Notes under the pieces: model-generated
What the model was told of the DNA's origin: nothing
Database searches by the model: none
The model's input: the letters and a program-made list of their open reading frames with translations, nothing else
Assembly: GCF_003324675.1 (NCBI RefSeq)
Contig: NZ_CP030918.1
Coordinates: 3,090,001-3,122,000, forward strand
DNA from: Paracoccus suum
GTDB taxonomy: Bacteria; Pseudomonadota; Alphaproteobacteria; Rhodobacterales; Rhodobacteraceae
Reading direction: 5' to 3'
DNA length: 32,000 bases
In this document: in pieces, positions 1 through 7,592 of the stretch
Numbering within the stretch: the stretch's first letter is position 1
How the letters are laid out: the number at the start of each line of letters is the position of its first letter
Program-made: the position numbers and the translations under genes

Positions 1-946
1 CGGGCTCAGCCTCGGCTTTCGCTGCGAGCAGTGCGGCGCGGACGTGATCGAGGTCCGCATCGCTTTCCAGAAAACGCCCGGCCATCTGCGGCTGTCCGGC
101 CAGCCGGCAGAGATCGACGACGGCGCGGGCGTGCGTGATGGCCTCGGCGCGGATCGCCGCGGGATCGGGCGGTGCGCCGCCGGACGGTGGCGTCTCGGCC
201 GGCGGGTGTTGGGCGTTCGTCCCGGCGATCTCGTCTTCGCCGGCGCCAGAAGCCTCATCGCTCTCCGCGGCCGCGCCTGTGGCCTCGTCGGCATCGGCGC
301 CGGCGCCGTCGTTGTCGTCACCGTCGTCGCCGCCGCTGTCGGTTGCAGCCGCGACCGCTTCCGCCAGCGCCGGCGGCGCGTTGCGGAAGCGCGCGAAATC
401 GAAGCGCGCAGCGATCCGCACCGGTTCGGCAAGCCGGTCGGCAAAGCCGAGCGCCAGCGCCTCGCGCGCATCCAGCCAGGTCTCGGCGGCCATCAGCGCC
501 GCAATCTCGTCGATCGAGCGGCCGGATTTGGCGGCATAGCCGGCAGCGAGGCTGCCACCCACCTTGTCCAGCGCCTCGGCCATGGCCCGCATGTCGGCGG
601 CCGTGCCCATCACGAGGCCGGCGGGGTCGTGGATCATCAGGAAGGCATTTTCCGGCATGACGATCTCGTCGCCCGCCATGGCGACATAGGAGGCCGCCGA
701 GGCGGCGACGCCGTCGATCCAGACGGTGACCGTGCCCGCATGCCGCTTCAGCGCGTTGTGGATCGCCACGGCGTCGAAGACCGAGCCGCCGGGGCTGTTG
801 AGCCGCAGATCGATGGGCGTGCCCTCGGGCAGCGCGCCGAGTTCCGCAAGGAACCCCTTGGCCGAGACCCCGCAGGCCCCGATCTCGTCATAGATCGCCA
901 CTTCCGCGCCGGTGGCCCGGGCGCGGATCGCATACCAGCTTGCCAT
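1..946 (-). CDS. Phage prohead (head-maturation) protease, ClpP/S49-like, with acidic linker and C-terminal extension; partial, gene 3' end lies beyond the left edge
   Basis: Absent from the ORF track because there is no stop inside the window. Manual minus-strand translation from ATG at 946 gives MASWYAIRARATGAEVAIYDEIGACGVSAKGFLAELGALPEGTPIDLRLNSPGGSVFDAVAIHNALKRHAGTVTVWIDGVAASAASYVAMAGDEIVMPENAFLMIHDP... This is the ClpP-fold prohead protease pattern (NSPGG ... AASAAS). It lies 5 nt after the portal stop, matching lambda B-then-C order. Confidence 0.8.
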   Translation of the reverse strand, partial: MASWYAIRARATGAEVAIYDEIGACGVSAKGFLAELGALPEGTPIDLRLNSPGGSVFDAVAIHNALKRHAGTVTVWIDGVAASAASYVAMAGDEIVMPENAFLMIHDPAGLVMGTAADMRAMAEALDKVGGSLAAGYAAKSGRSIDEIAALMAAETWLDAREALALGFADRLAEPVRIAARFDFARFRNAPPALAEAVAAATDSGGDDGDDNDGAGADADEATGAAAESDEASGAGEDEIAGTNAQHPPAETPPSGGAPPDPAAIRAEAITHARAVVDLCRLAGQPQMAGRFLESDADLDHVRAALLAAKAEAEP

Positions 947-950
947 GCTC

Positions 951-2495
951 TCACTCCTGTTCGGTGGCGGACTCGGTCGCAGCGGCGTCGCCGTGCTCAT
1001 GCTCGCGGGCCCCATCACCGGGATCCGGCTGCGTCGCGGGCGTCGCCCGTGCCCCCTGCGTCTCGCCGGAGCCGGTGCGGTAGCTGAGACCGAGCGCCGC
1101 GGCGCGTGCCGCATCGGCCGCGTTCTCGCGGTCCACTTCCTCGATGTCGTAGCCGGTGGCCTCGACCACCTTGCGGCGCGAGGTGATGCCCGCCCCCATC
1201 GCCAGCACCTGTGCCTGGATGTCCTTCAGCGGATCGACCCAGTCCCAGCGCGGCGGGATCCACTGCACCGGCCGCGCCGCCGCGGGATCGTCGAGACCGA
1301 GCGCGCCGGAGAGCGCGGCCGCCTCCAGCCATCGCCGCCAGACCGCCCGGCAGAGCTGGTGCACGATCACGCCATGCTGCAGCTGGCCGATGCGGCGCCG
1401 GAACTCGACCAGCTCCGCCCTGAGGCTCGAATAGTTCGCCTGCCGGACATCCCCGGTGACCAGGTGATACGGCAGCCCCAGCGAGGCGGAGACCGCGAGC
1501 AGCGTCCGGTACTGGAACGCCTCGTAGCCGCCGCCCACGTCGGCGGGCGCGGAGAACTTCACGTCCTCGCCTGGCAGCAGCACCTGCATCGTCCCGGGCT
1601 CGAGGCTGGCGATGGCCGCGCCATTGAGGTCCGCTTCGACCTCGCCCAGCATCGGCTCTTCCGGGGCGGTCTTGGTGATGAAGCCCGCGAACATCGCCGC
1701 GGTCTTCTTCCGGTCCAGCTCGGCGTCGTCATACTGGTCGAGCAGGAACAGCCGCACCATCGCCGGTGCGACATGCGGCAGCCCCCGGATCTGGCCGGCG
1801 TCGATGGGCCGATAGATGTGCAGCACATCCGCGGCGGGTACGCGCACCGTCTCCGGGATCACGTCGCCGATGACCCGGCCGCCCTGATCGGTGCTGTCGC
1901 CCGGGTGACGGCGGCGGAAGTGATAGGCCACGCGGCGGCCGATGCTGTCGAACTCGATCCCGCAGCGGATACGGCTGCCCGATGGCAGCACCTCCGTCTT
2001 CTCGAAGGGCAGCATCTCCGACTGCAGCAGCTGCAGTTGCAGCGGGACCATGAGCCCGTCCTCGGCCCGGCGCGGGCGCAGGCGGACGAAGCATTCGCCC
2101 GCCACGAACATCTCGCGCGCCACCATGGCCTGCAGGCCGTAGAAGTCGGTCAGCCCGTCGGCATCGGCCTCGTCGGTCCAGGCGAGCCAGAGCCGCTGAA
2201 CGTAGTCGCGAACCGCCGCATCCTCGATCAGCGAGGATGGCTTGATGCCGTCTCCGACGAGGTTTGACGCAAACGCCTCGCAGGCATTCGCCGCGTAACC
2301 GTTGGTGACCACCAGTTCGCGCGAACGCGCCAGCAGCCGCGGGCCGCCGGAGGCGACCAGCGCGTTGATGTTCTCGAGCGGCGGGTTCCAGCCGCGCAGG
2401 CGGCGCTTCGCCATGGCGCCCTCGAGGCGGGCGCGCACCGCCGCTGGTCCAGCGCTGCCCGGCGATGGGCGGCGAAAGCGGTCGAAGAGGCCCAT
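951..2495 (-). CDS. Phage portal protein, lambda (gpB) family
   Basis: 514-aa ORF. The N-terminal block RLRGWNPPLENINALVASGGPRLLARSRELVVTNGYAANACEAFASNLVGDGIKP is typical of lambda-family portals. It sits between gpW and the prohead protease. Confidence 0.9.
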   Translation of the reverse strand: MGLFDRFRRPSPGSAGPAAVRARLEGAMAKRRLRGWNPPLENINALVASGGPRLLARSRELVVTNGYAANACEAFASNLVGDGIKPSSLIEDAAVRDYVQRLWLAWTDEADADGLTDFYGLQAMVAREMFVAGECFVRLRPRRAEDGLMVPLQLQLLQSEMLPFEKTEVLPSGSRIRCGIEFDSIGRRVAYHFRRRHPGDSTDQGGRVIGDVIPETVRVPAADVLHIYRPIDAGQIRGLPHVAPAMVRLFLLDQYDDAELDRKKTAAMFAGFITKTAPEEPMLGEVEADLNGAAIASLEPGTMQVLLPGEDVKFSAPADVGGGYEAFQYRTLLAVSASLGLPYHLVTGDVRQANYSSLRAELVEFRRRIGQLQHGVIVHQLCRAVWRRWLEAAALSGALGLDDPAAARPVQWIPPRWDWVDPLKDIQAQVLAMGAGITSRRKVVEATGYDIEEVDRENAADAARAAALGLSYRTGSGETQGARATPATQPDPGDGAREHEHGDAAATESATEQE

Positions 2496-2499
2496 GGAG

Positions 2500-2715
2500 T
2501 CAGAGCCCCTTCACCGTCGTCACGCGCACCTGCCGCACGATGCGGCGCCCCTCGGCCGCCGCGATCTCGCGGTCCAGCGCCTCGATGGCCCGGTCGATCT
2601 CGGCGACGCTGCGATAGTCCACCGTCTTGCCGTCGTAGCTGACCCGCGCCACGCCCGAGGCGCGCTGCACGGCCAGTGCCTCGCGGCGGGCACGGAGTTC
2701 TGCGGCCGTGGCCAT
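2500..2715 (-). CDS. Head-tail joining protein gpW family
   Basis: 71-aa ORF (MATAAELRARREALAVQRASG...VSYDGKTVDYRSVAEIDRAIEALDREI) located between TerL and portal, exactly as lambda W. Size and sequence pattern fit gpW. Confidence 0.8.
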   Translation of the reverse strand: MATAAELRARREALAVQRASGVARVSYDGKTVDYRSVAEIDRAIEALDREIAAAEGRRIVRQVRVTTVKGL

Positions 2716-2718
2716 GGA

Positions 2719-4722
2719 TCACCTCATGTAACTGGAGTGCACGGTCCGGCGTTGCGGGCTTCGTCGAGGCGCGGCCGGCCTCGCCAGCGGGCTGTCCGCA
2801 ATTGTCGCATCCGCGGCCGACACGCCCAGCTGCGCTTCCAGATCGGCCCAGCGTGCCTCCGGCCAGCGATCCGCCCCGAGGATCCATGCGGCGGCACGGG
2901 CGTAGACGCGGGTGTCGAGCGCCTCGTTGCGCTCGCGCAGCTTCTGCCATTCGAGCCTGGAGAAGCCGCGCCTCGTGCGGACCGTCACCAGCTGCTCGGC
3001 GGTCAGCTGCTTCAGCCATTCGCTGGCCGCCCAGTCCGGCAGGTGGATCGTGCCGGCCGGAAAGACCGCGCCCTCGGCCCGTTCCTCTGCCGTCGGCCGC
3101 TCCTGCCGCAGGAAGCGGTAGGTCTCGGCCTTGAAGGTCGAGGTGGCGACGGTCCAGAGCCGCGCCCCGCGCCGGAGCCGCTTGCCCGCAACGGTCGCAT
3201 CGACATAGCTTGGCCCCGTCACCGGGCTCGTCCGGGCGAAGCCCTCGACGCCTTTCACCGGCGCCACCTGCGCGAAGCCGACCTTGCGCGCCCAGGCATA
3301 GACGGCGCTGGTCTCGAAGCCCGAGTCGATCGCGAGCCGCGCCAGCGTCATCGGCTGGCCGGAGGCGTGTTCCCATGTCCGCCCGAGCAGGTCGGTCAGC
3401 TCCTGCCAGCAGGCGGGATCGCCGGGCCCGCCCTCGATCACGAGGTGATCGACCAGCCAGCTTTCCAGACCGCGGCCCCAGGCCCAGACATCGACCTCGA
3501 TGCGGTCCTTCTGGACATCGGCCCCGGCCGTCAGGAACAGCCCGCCCGCAGGGACGGTGCCCGGCTTCCACGCCTCGCGACGATCATAGAGCCGCTGCCA
3601 GTCCGGGGCTTCGCCGGTCTCGACCCATGTCTCGCCGAGAATGGTGTTGCGGAACGCCTTGATCGCCTCGTCCGACCCCTGTGCCGCGTCCCATGCCCGC
3701 ACGATCCGCTCCCAGCTCAGCCAGCCGATCGGCGAATAGAGCGCCGAGAGGTGATACCCGACCGTTGTCGGATCGGCGGCCGTCGCGGTCGCCCGCCATT
3801 CGCCCCCCTCCAGCATTGCCGTCTTGTGGTGTTCCGCGATTGCCGCGTCGCAGCCCTCGCAGTGATACTCCGCCGTCTCCGGGCGGCCCTTCTGCCAGCG
3901 CAGCCGGTCGAACTTCAGCCACTGCATCGCCCCGCAATGCGGGCACGGCACGAAATACCGGCGCTGGTCGCTGGCCTCGAACTCCCGCTCGATCCGGCTC
4001 AGACCCCGGATCGTCGGCGTCGAGACCAGCAGCACCTTGCGCCGATGGGCGAAGGTCAGCGACCGAGCTTCCGCCAGCGTCACCGGATCGCCTTCCTCAT
4101 CGGCCGAGGCGGGATACGCGTCGACCTCGTCGAGGAAGATGTAGCGCGCCGGTGTGGACCGCAGTCCGACCGCCGAGTTCGCGCCGGTCATGATCAGGAT
4201 GCCGCCCGCGAACTCCTTGGACAGCATGGTGTTGCCCGCGTCGCGCGACCTGGCGGGCTTCACCCGCTCCCGCAACTCGGGGCTTTCGTCGATCAGCGGG
4301 TCGATCCGCTGCCGCGAGTTGCGCTTGGCCAGTTCCACCGTCGGCTGGACCGCGAGCATCGGCCCCGGCGCCTGGTGGATGGCGAACCCGATCCAGTTGT
4401 TCCCGGCCTCGGTCGCGCCGACCTGCGCCGCCTTCATGAACACGATCCGCTGCGTGGGATCGCCGGGGCTCAGCCGGTCCATGATCTCGCGCATGTAGGG
4501 CGTGCGCACCGTGCGATATCGTCCGGGCTCGGCCGAGGCGCGGCCCGAGAGCATCCGGTGCTGGTCCGCCCATTCCGAGACGGTCAGGTCCGGGTCGGGT
4601 CGGAGCCCGTTGCCCCAGGCGCGCAGGATCTCGCCCGCGCCGTCGAAGTCCGTCAGGCCATCGCCGCTCTCATCGGAAGTCGGGCCGAACCTCGGCGAGT
4701 TCGTCGAGGTGGGCGCGTACAT
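2719..4722 (-). CDS. Terminase large subunit, GpA family
   Basis: 667-aa ORF with a Walker A-like FMKAAQVGATEAGNNW, a Walker B-like IFLDEVDAYP and a Cys cluster VPCPHCG...HCEGCD, as in lambda gpA-type terminases. Confidence 0.9.
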   Translation of the reverse strand: MYAPTSTNSPRFGPTSDESGDGLTDFDGAGEILRAWGNGLRPDPDLTVSEWADQHRMLSGRASAEPGRYRTVRTPYMREIMDRLSPGDPTQRIVFMKAAQVGATEAGNNWIGFAIHQAPGPMLAVQPTVELAKRNSRQRIDPLIDESPELRERVKPARSRDAGNTMLSKEFAGGILIMTGANSAVGLRSTPARYIFLDEVDAYPASADEEGDPVTLAEARSLTFAHRRKVLLVSTPTIRGLSRIEREFEASDQRRYFVPCPHCGAMQWLKFDRLRWQKGRPETAEYHCEGCDAAIAEHHKTAMLEGGEWRATATAADPTTVGYHLSALYSPIGWLSWERIVRAWDAAQGSDEAIKAFRNTILGETWVETGEAPDWQRLYDRREAWKPGTVPAGGLFLTAGADVQKDRIEVDVWAWGRGLESWLVDHLVIEGGPGDPACWQELTDLLGRTWEHASGQPMTLARLAIDSGFETSAVYAWARKVGFAQVAPVKGVEGFARTSPVTGPSYVDATVAGKRLRRGARLWTVATSTFKAETYRFLRQERPTAEERAEGAVFPAGTIHLPDWAASEWLKQLTAEQLVTVRTRRGFSRLEWQKLRERNEALDTRVYARAAAWILGADRWPEARWADLEAQLGVSAADATIADSPLARPAAPRRSPQRRTVHSSYMR

Positions 4723-5266
4723 GTTTCTCCAGCACCTTCTGCATCGCGGCTGGCTCCACGGCGATCTGCTGGCCCGTCGCGTCGCTGCACGAGGCCGAAA
4801 GCTCGGCCGCCATCAGCGCCGCCGCGCGCGGGGGCCAGTTCACCCATGCGTCCCGTTCCTCCCGCGCCAGCCGGAACACCAGCGCCAGCGCGCGGGCCCG
4901 CTCGATCAACTCCCCCTTCAGCTTCTGGAGCCGGATGCGCCGCTCCTGCGCCTTCAGCACCTCGTTCGCGGTCTTGGCCTGCAGGAAGGTCGTCCCGCCA
5001 CCCACCGCAGGGACCGCCAGACCCTGTTCGCGGAGCGTGTCGCCGACGGCGGCGACCGCCGCCTCGGGGACAGGCTTCAGCTTCGGCGCGGGCGGCTTGC
5101 GGGTCTTGGACGGGTCGGTGGTGTCCGCCCGCCGCGCGTCGCTGGCGGCAGCGTTGATGCTGCCGTCGGGATAGAGGACCAGCCGCTCGGCCGTCTTCGC
5201 CTTCTGGATCGCGCCCCGCGACAGCCCGACATGGGCGGCGTACTGGCGCTCGCTCATGCCCCGCAT
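4670..5266 (-). CDS. Putative terminase small subunit (N-terminal HTH)
   Basis: 198-aa ORF directly upstream of TerL, overlapping it by 53 nt. N-terminal HTH-like MSERQYAAHVGLSRGAIQKAKTAERL, coiled central region. Assigned by position and architecture only. Confidence 0.6.
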   Translation of the reverse strand: MRGMSERQYAAHVGLSRGAIQKAKTAERLVLYPDGSINAAASDARRADTTDPSKTRKPPAPKLKPVPEAAVAAVGDTLREQGLAVPAVGGGTTFLQAKTANEVLKAQERRIRLQKLKGELIERARALALVFRLAREERDAWVNWPPRAAALMAAELSASCSDATGQQIAVEPAAMQKVLEKHVRAHLDELAEVRPDFR

Positions 5267-5297
5267 CGACGGCTCCGATTATCATTCAAGATCATGT

Positions 5298-5316
5298 GCT
5301 TATCGAGTTGATAAGC
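5298..5316. promoter_or_regulatory. Perfect inverted repeat GCTTATC-N5-GATAAGC in the AT-rich divergent intergenic region upstream of terS (operator or cos-related candidate)
   Basis: Read directly: gcttatc gagtt gataagc, embedded in the AT-rich tract gattatcattcaagatcatgtgcttatcgagttgataagc. Confidence 0.4.
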
Positions 5317-5379
5317 GCGGCGGACAGAGGGAACGTGCCTCCAGAAGGACGATGCAACTCGACCCAAGGAGCCAGCCCG

Positions 5380-5640
5380 ATGACCCGCCGCGCGACCGAC
5401 AGTGAGACCGCTCCCGCCACCGGTTCGAGGGAGCGGTCGAACAAAGCCCTCGACGCCTTCATCGCCGCGAAGACGGAGATCGACGCGATGCTGGAGCGGC
5501 TCGCCGCCCTCAGCGCCGACCACTTCGAGACCAGCCCCGACGAGATCAACTGGGGCCATGTCGGCACCCTGAACCACTACCGCGCCAAGCTGCGCGAGAT
5601 CACCGACATGGCCTTCAGCGAAGGCGAACACGCCGAGTGA
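5380..5640 (+). CDS. Hypothetical small protein (86 aa)
   Basis: The track ORF is 5296-5640. I place the start at ATG 5380 because AAGGAG (5366-5371) lies 8 nt upstream. Sequence MTRRATDSETAPATGSRERSNKALDAFIAAKTEIDAMLERLAALSADHFE...; no family recognised. Confidence 0.55.
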   Translation: MTRRATDSETAPATGSRERSNKALDAFIAAKTEIDAMLERLAALSADHFETSPDEINWGHVGTLNHYRAKLREITDMAFSEGEHAE

Positions 5641-5730
5641 GACGACCCGCTCCCGGTCCCGCCCGCCGACTGGCGGGCTCGACCTCGTAGAAGGGCCCGC
5701 ATTCCGCGCGCCCCGATACGGGAGACGACG

Positions 5731-6315
5731 ATGACCAAGCTTTCCGACACCCAAGCCCTGATCCTGAGCGCTGCCGCGCAGCGCGAGGACCGCAACGTCC
5801 TGCCGCTCCCCGGCTCGCTCCGCGGAGGCGCCGCCGCCAAGGTGGTCGGCGCGCTGCTCTCGCGCGGACTGATCGCCGAGACGACGATTGCCAGCGAGAC
5901 CAAGGCCGACGCCGCGCTCAACCGCATCTGGCGCAACGACGAGGACGGCCGTGCCATCCTCCTGCACATCACCGACGCAGGGCGCGCCGCCATCGGCGTC
6001 GAGCCGGAGGGCGGCGACAGCGCGCCCGCGGGCGCCGACGCGGCGCCGAGCGCCGTAGCCGCGCAGGACGCTCCCGGCGAGGCCGACGCCGCGCCCAAGG
6101 CGCGCACACCGCGCACGGGCACGAAGCAGGCCAAGCTGATCGAGATGCTCCGCGCCGAGGGCGGCGCCACCATCGACGAGATCGTCACCGCCTTGGACTG
6201 GCGGCCGCACACGGTGAGGGGCGCGCTTGCCGGCGCGCTCAAGCAAAAGCTCGGCCTGACCATCACCTCCGAGAAGGTCGACGGAAGGGGCCGCGTCTAC
6301 TCCATCCGCGACTGA
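5731..6315 (+). CDS. DUF3489-like winged-helix protein
   Basis: 194-aa ORF. The C-terminal TKQAKLIEMLRAEGGATIDEIVTALDWRPHTVRGALAGALKQKLGLTITSEKVDGRGRVYSI matches the DUF3489 pattern as I remember it. GGGAG lies 8 nt upstream of the ATG. Confidence 0.7.
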   Translation: MTKLSDTQALILSAAAQREDRNVLPLPGSLRGGAAAKVVGALLSRGLIAETTIASETKADAALNRIWRNDEDGRAILLHITDAGRAAIGVEPEGGDSAPAGADAAPSAVAAQDAPGEADAAPKARTPRTGTKQAKLIEMLRAEGGATIDEIVTALDWRPHTVRGALAGALKQKLGLTITSEKVDGRGRVYSIRD

Positions 6316-6341
6316 CGCTCCGCACCGAAACGGACTGAAGG

Positions 6342-6365
6342 CCGCCGTCCACCCTCGGGCGGCGG
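6342..6365. terminator. GC-rich hairpin between convergent genes (possible bidirectional terminator)
   Basis: ccgccg (6342-6347) pairs with cggcgg (6360-6365) and the loop also has internal pairing. There is no clean U-tract. Confidence 0.35.
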
Positions 6366-6369
6366 TGTC

Positions 6370-6594
6370 TCATTCTGCACTCCGGATCCGGATCGCCTCG
6401 AACAGTCGCCGCAGCAGGTAGCCGCGCGCCAGCGAGACACCGACGAAGGCGAGGCCGATGGTCAGATGCTCCGCGAGCCCGGTCTCGATGCCGAACCACG
6501 GGAACACGATGATCTGCGTGGCGATGGCCAGTACGTAGCCGACCACGACATTCGTCGCTGCCTCGACCATCGACATGGTCCGGGATTGTCTCAT
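6370..6594 (-). CDS. Small two-TM membrane protein (74 aa), last gene of the phage methylase operon
   Basis: MRQSRTMSMVEAATNVVVGYVLAIATQIIVFPWFGIETGLAEHLTIGLAFVGVSLARGYLLRRLFEAIRIRSAE has two hydrophobic helices and a basic tail. Its ATG overlaps the upstream stop (ATGA at 6591-6594). Confidence 0.65.
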   Translation of the reverse strand: MRQSRTMSMVEAATNVVVGYVLAIATQIIVFPWFGIETGLAEHLTIGLAFVGVSLARGYLLRRLFEAIRIRSAE

Positions 6595-7592
6595 CGCAGC
6601 CCCTCCGGCAGGGATCCCAGAAAGGCCGTCACGAACTCCGCCGCGAGCGGCGGCACGATCGCATTGCCGTAGCCCCGCAGCAGCCCCATGCGGCCGGATA
6701 TCCCATCAGCCAGCGGGAATGTTCCGGGCTCAACCGGTCGCCAGCGCCCATCCCGGCAGAAGAGCCAGTCAGGATTTCGCCAGACGCCGTCCGTCGCGCA
6801 GGTCCCGGCGGGGTCGGTGACTTCGACCAGACGACCAGCTTCAGCGTCCTGCGGCTCGCATCGGTGTTGCCGGCCGCGTTGTATCGCTTCGTGGCGGGCG
6901 AGCCCGCCATCGCCGTCGGCCAACCCGCCAGCCAGACCTGTCGGCCGAGCAGCGCATTGATCGGCACCGACCGGCATTCCGATCCGTCCTTGTGATCCCT
7001 CGCCGAGGCCGTCGCCCAACCCGCGAGTGACTGCGTCCAAGGCGACGGCGCCGAAGAACAGGCGTTGGCGGATGTGCGGCGCGCCGATGCCCGCAGCCGG
7101 CAGATCGGCCGCCGCGACGGCGTAAGATGCCGCTTCCAGGTCAGCCGCCAGAGCGTCGAACCACGCCCAGCCAGTCGGGCCCTCAACTGCCGCGCGAGAC
7201 TTTCTGCCAACCGGTCCGAGCACTGCCGCGCTCGCGACCTGCTCGCCGAAGACGAGCTCCGGGCGGCAGGCTGCGACGAGCCGCAGGAATGCCGGGGCGA
7301 GATGGCGGTCATCGTCCTGTCCCTTGCGCTGCCCGGCCTGACTGAAGGGCTGGCAGGGCGGCGAACCGGTCCAGACGGACAGATCGTCCGCTACGCCCGC
7401 GAGTCGCAGCGCATATGGCCAGCCGCCGATGCCGGCGAAGAAATGACATTGCGCGAAGCCGCGCAGCTCGGTGGGCTCCACCTCGAGGATGGACCTTTCG
7501 TCCACTTGGCCCGCGGGCAGAAGCCCGGCCGCGATCAGTTCCCGCAGCCAGGCGCAGATCGCGGGATCGGCATCGTTGTAGTAGACGGCCAT
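6591..7592 (-). CDS. DNA (cytosine-5) methyltransferase, 333 aa
   Basis: Motif I FFAGIGG, motif IV GSPPCQPFS, motif VI-like FGEQV, motif VIII-like HIRQRLFF, motif X GNAIVPP. The true start is MAVYYND at 7592, which overlaps the upstream stop as ATGA. The 591-aa track ORF is an artefactual 5' extension. Confidence 0.9.
   Translation of the reverse strand: MAVYYNDADPAICAWLRELIAAGLLPAGQVDERSILEVEPTELRGFAQCHFFAGIGGWPYALRLAGVADDLSVWTGSPPCQPFSQAGQRKGQDDDRHLAPAFLRLVAACRPELVFGEQVASAAVLGPVGRKSRAAVEGPTGWAWFDALAADLEAASYAVAAADLPAAGIGAPHIRQRLFFGAVALDAVTRGLGDGLGEGSQGRIGMPVGADQCAARPTGLAGGLADGDGGLARHEAIQRGRQHRCEPQDAEAGRLVEVTDPAGTCATDGVWRNPDWLFCRDGRWRPVEPGTFPLADGISGRMGLLRGYGNAIVPPLAAEFVTAFLGSLPEGLR

Noticed and set aside
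44-1087. 347-aa plus-strand ORF covering the left end of the window
   Set aside because: It has the Arg/Gly/Ala/Pro-rich composition typical of an antisense frame in high-GC DNA. The opposite strand encodes a clearly recognisable ClpP-like prohead protease placed correctly after the portal.
2302-5157. 951-aa plus-strand ORF, with similar giants at 27859-31380 (minus, 1173 aa), 912-2267, 5254-6246, 7415-8509, 20541-21806, 21863-22918 and 24383-25681
   Set aside because: All are antisense to strongly conserved genes (terminase/portal, sucA, MTases, mltG, fabF, mdh). All show low-complexity R/A/G/P-rich translations with no recognisable motifs. They are GC-driven open frames, not genes.
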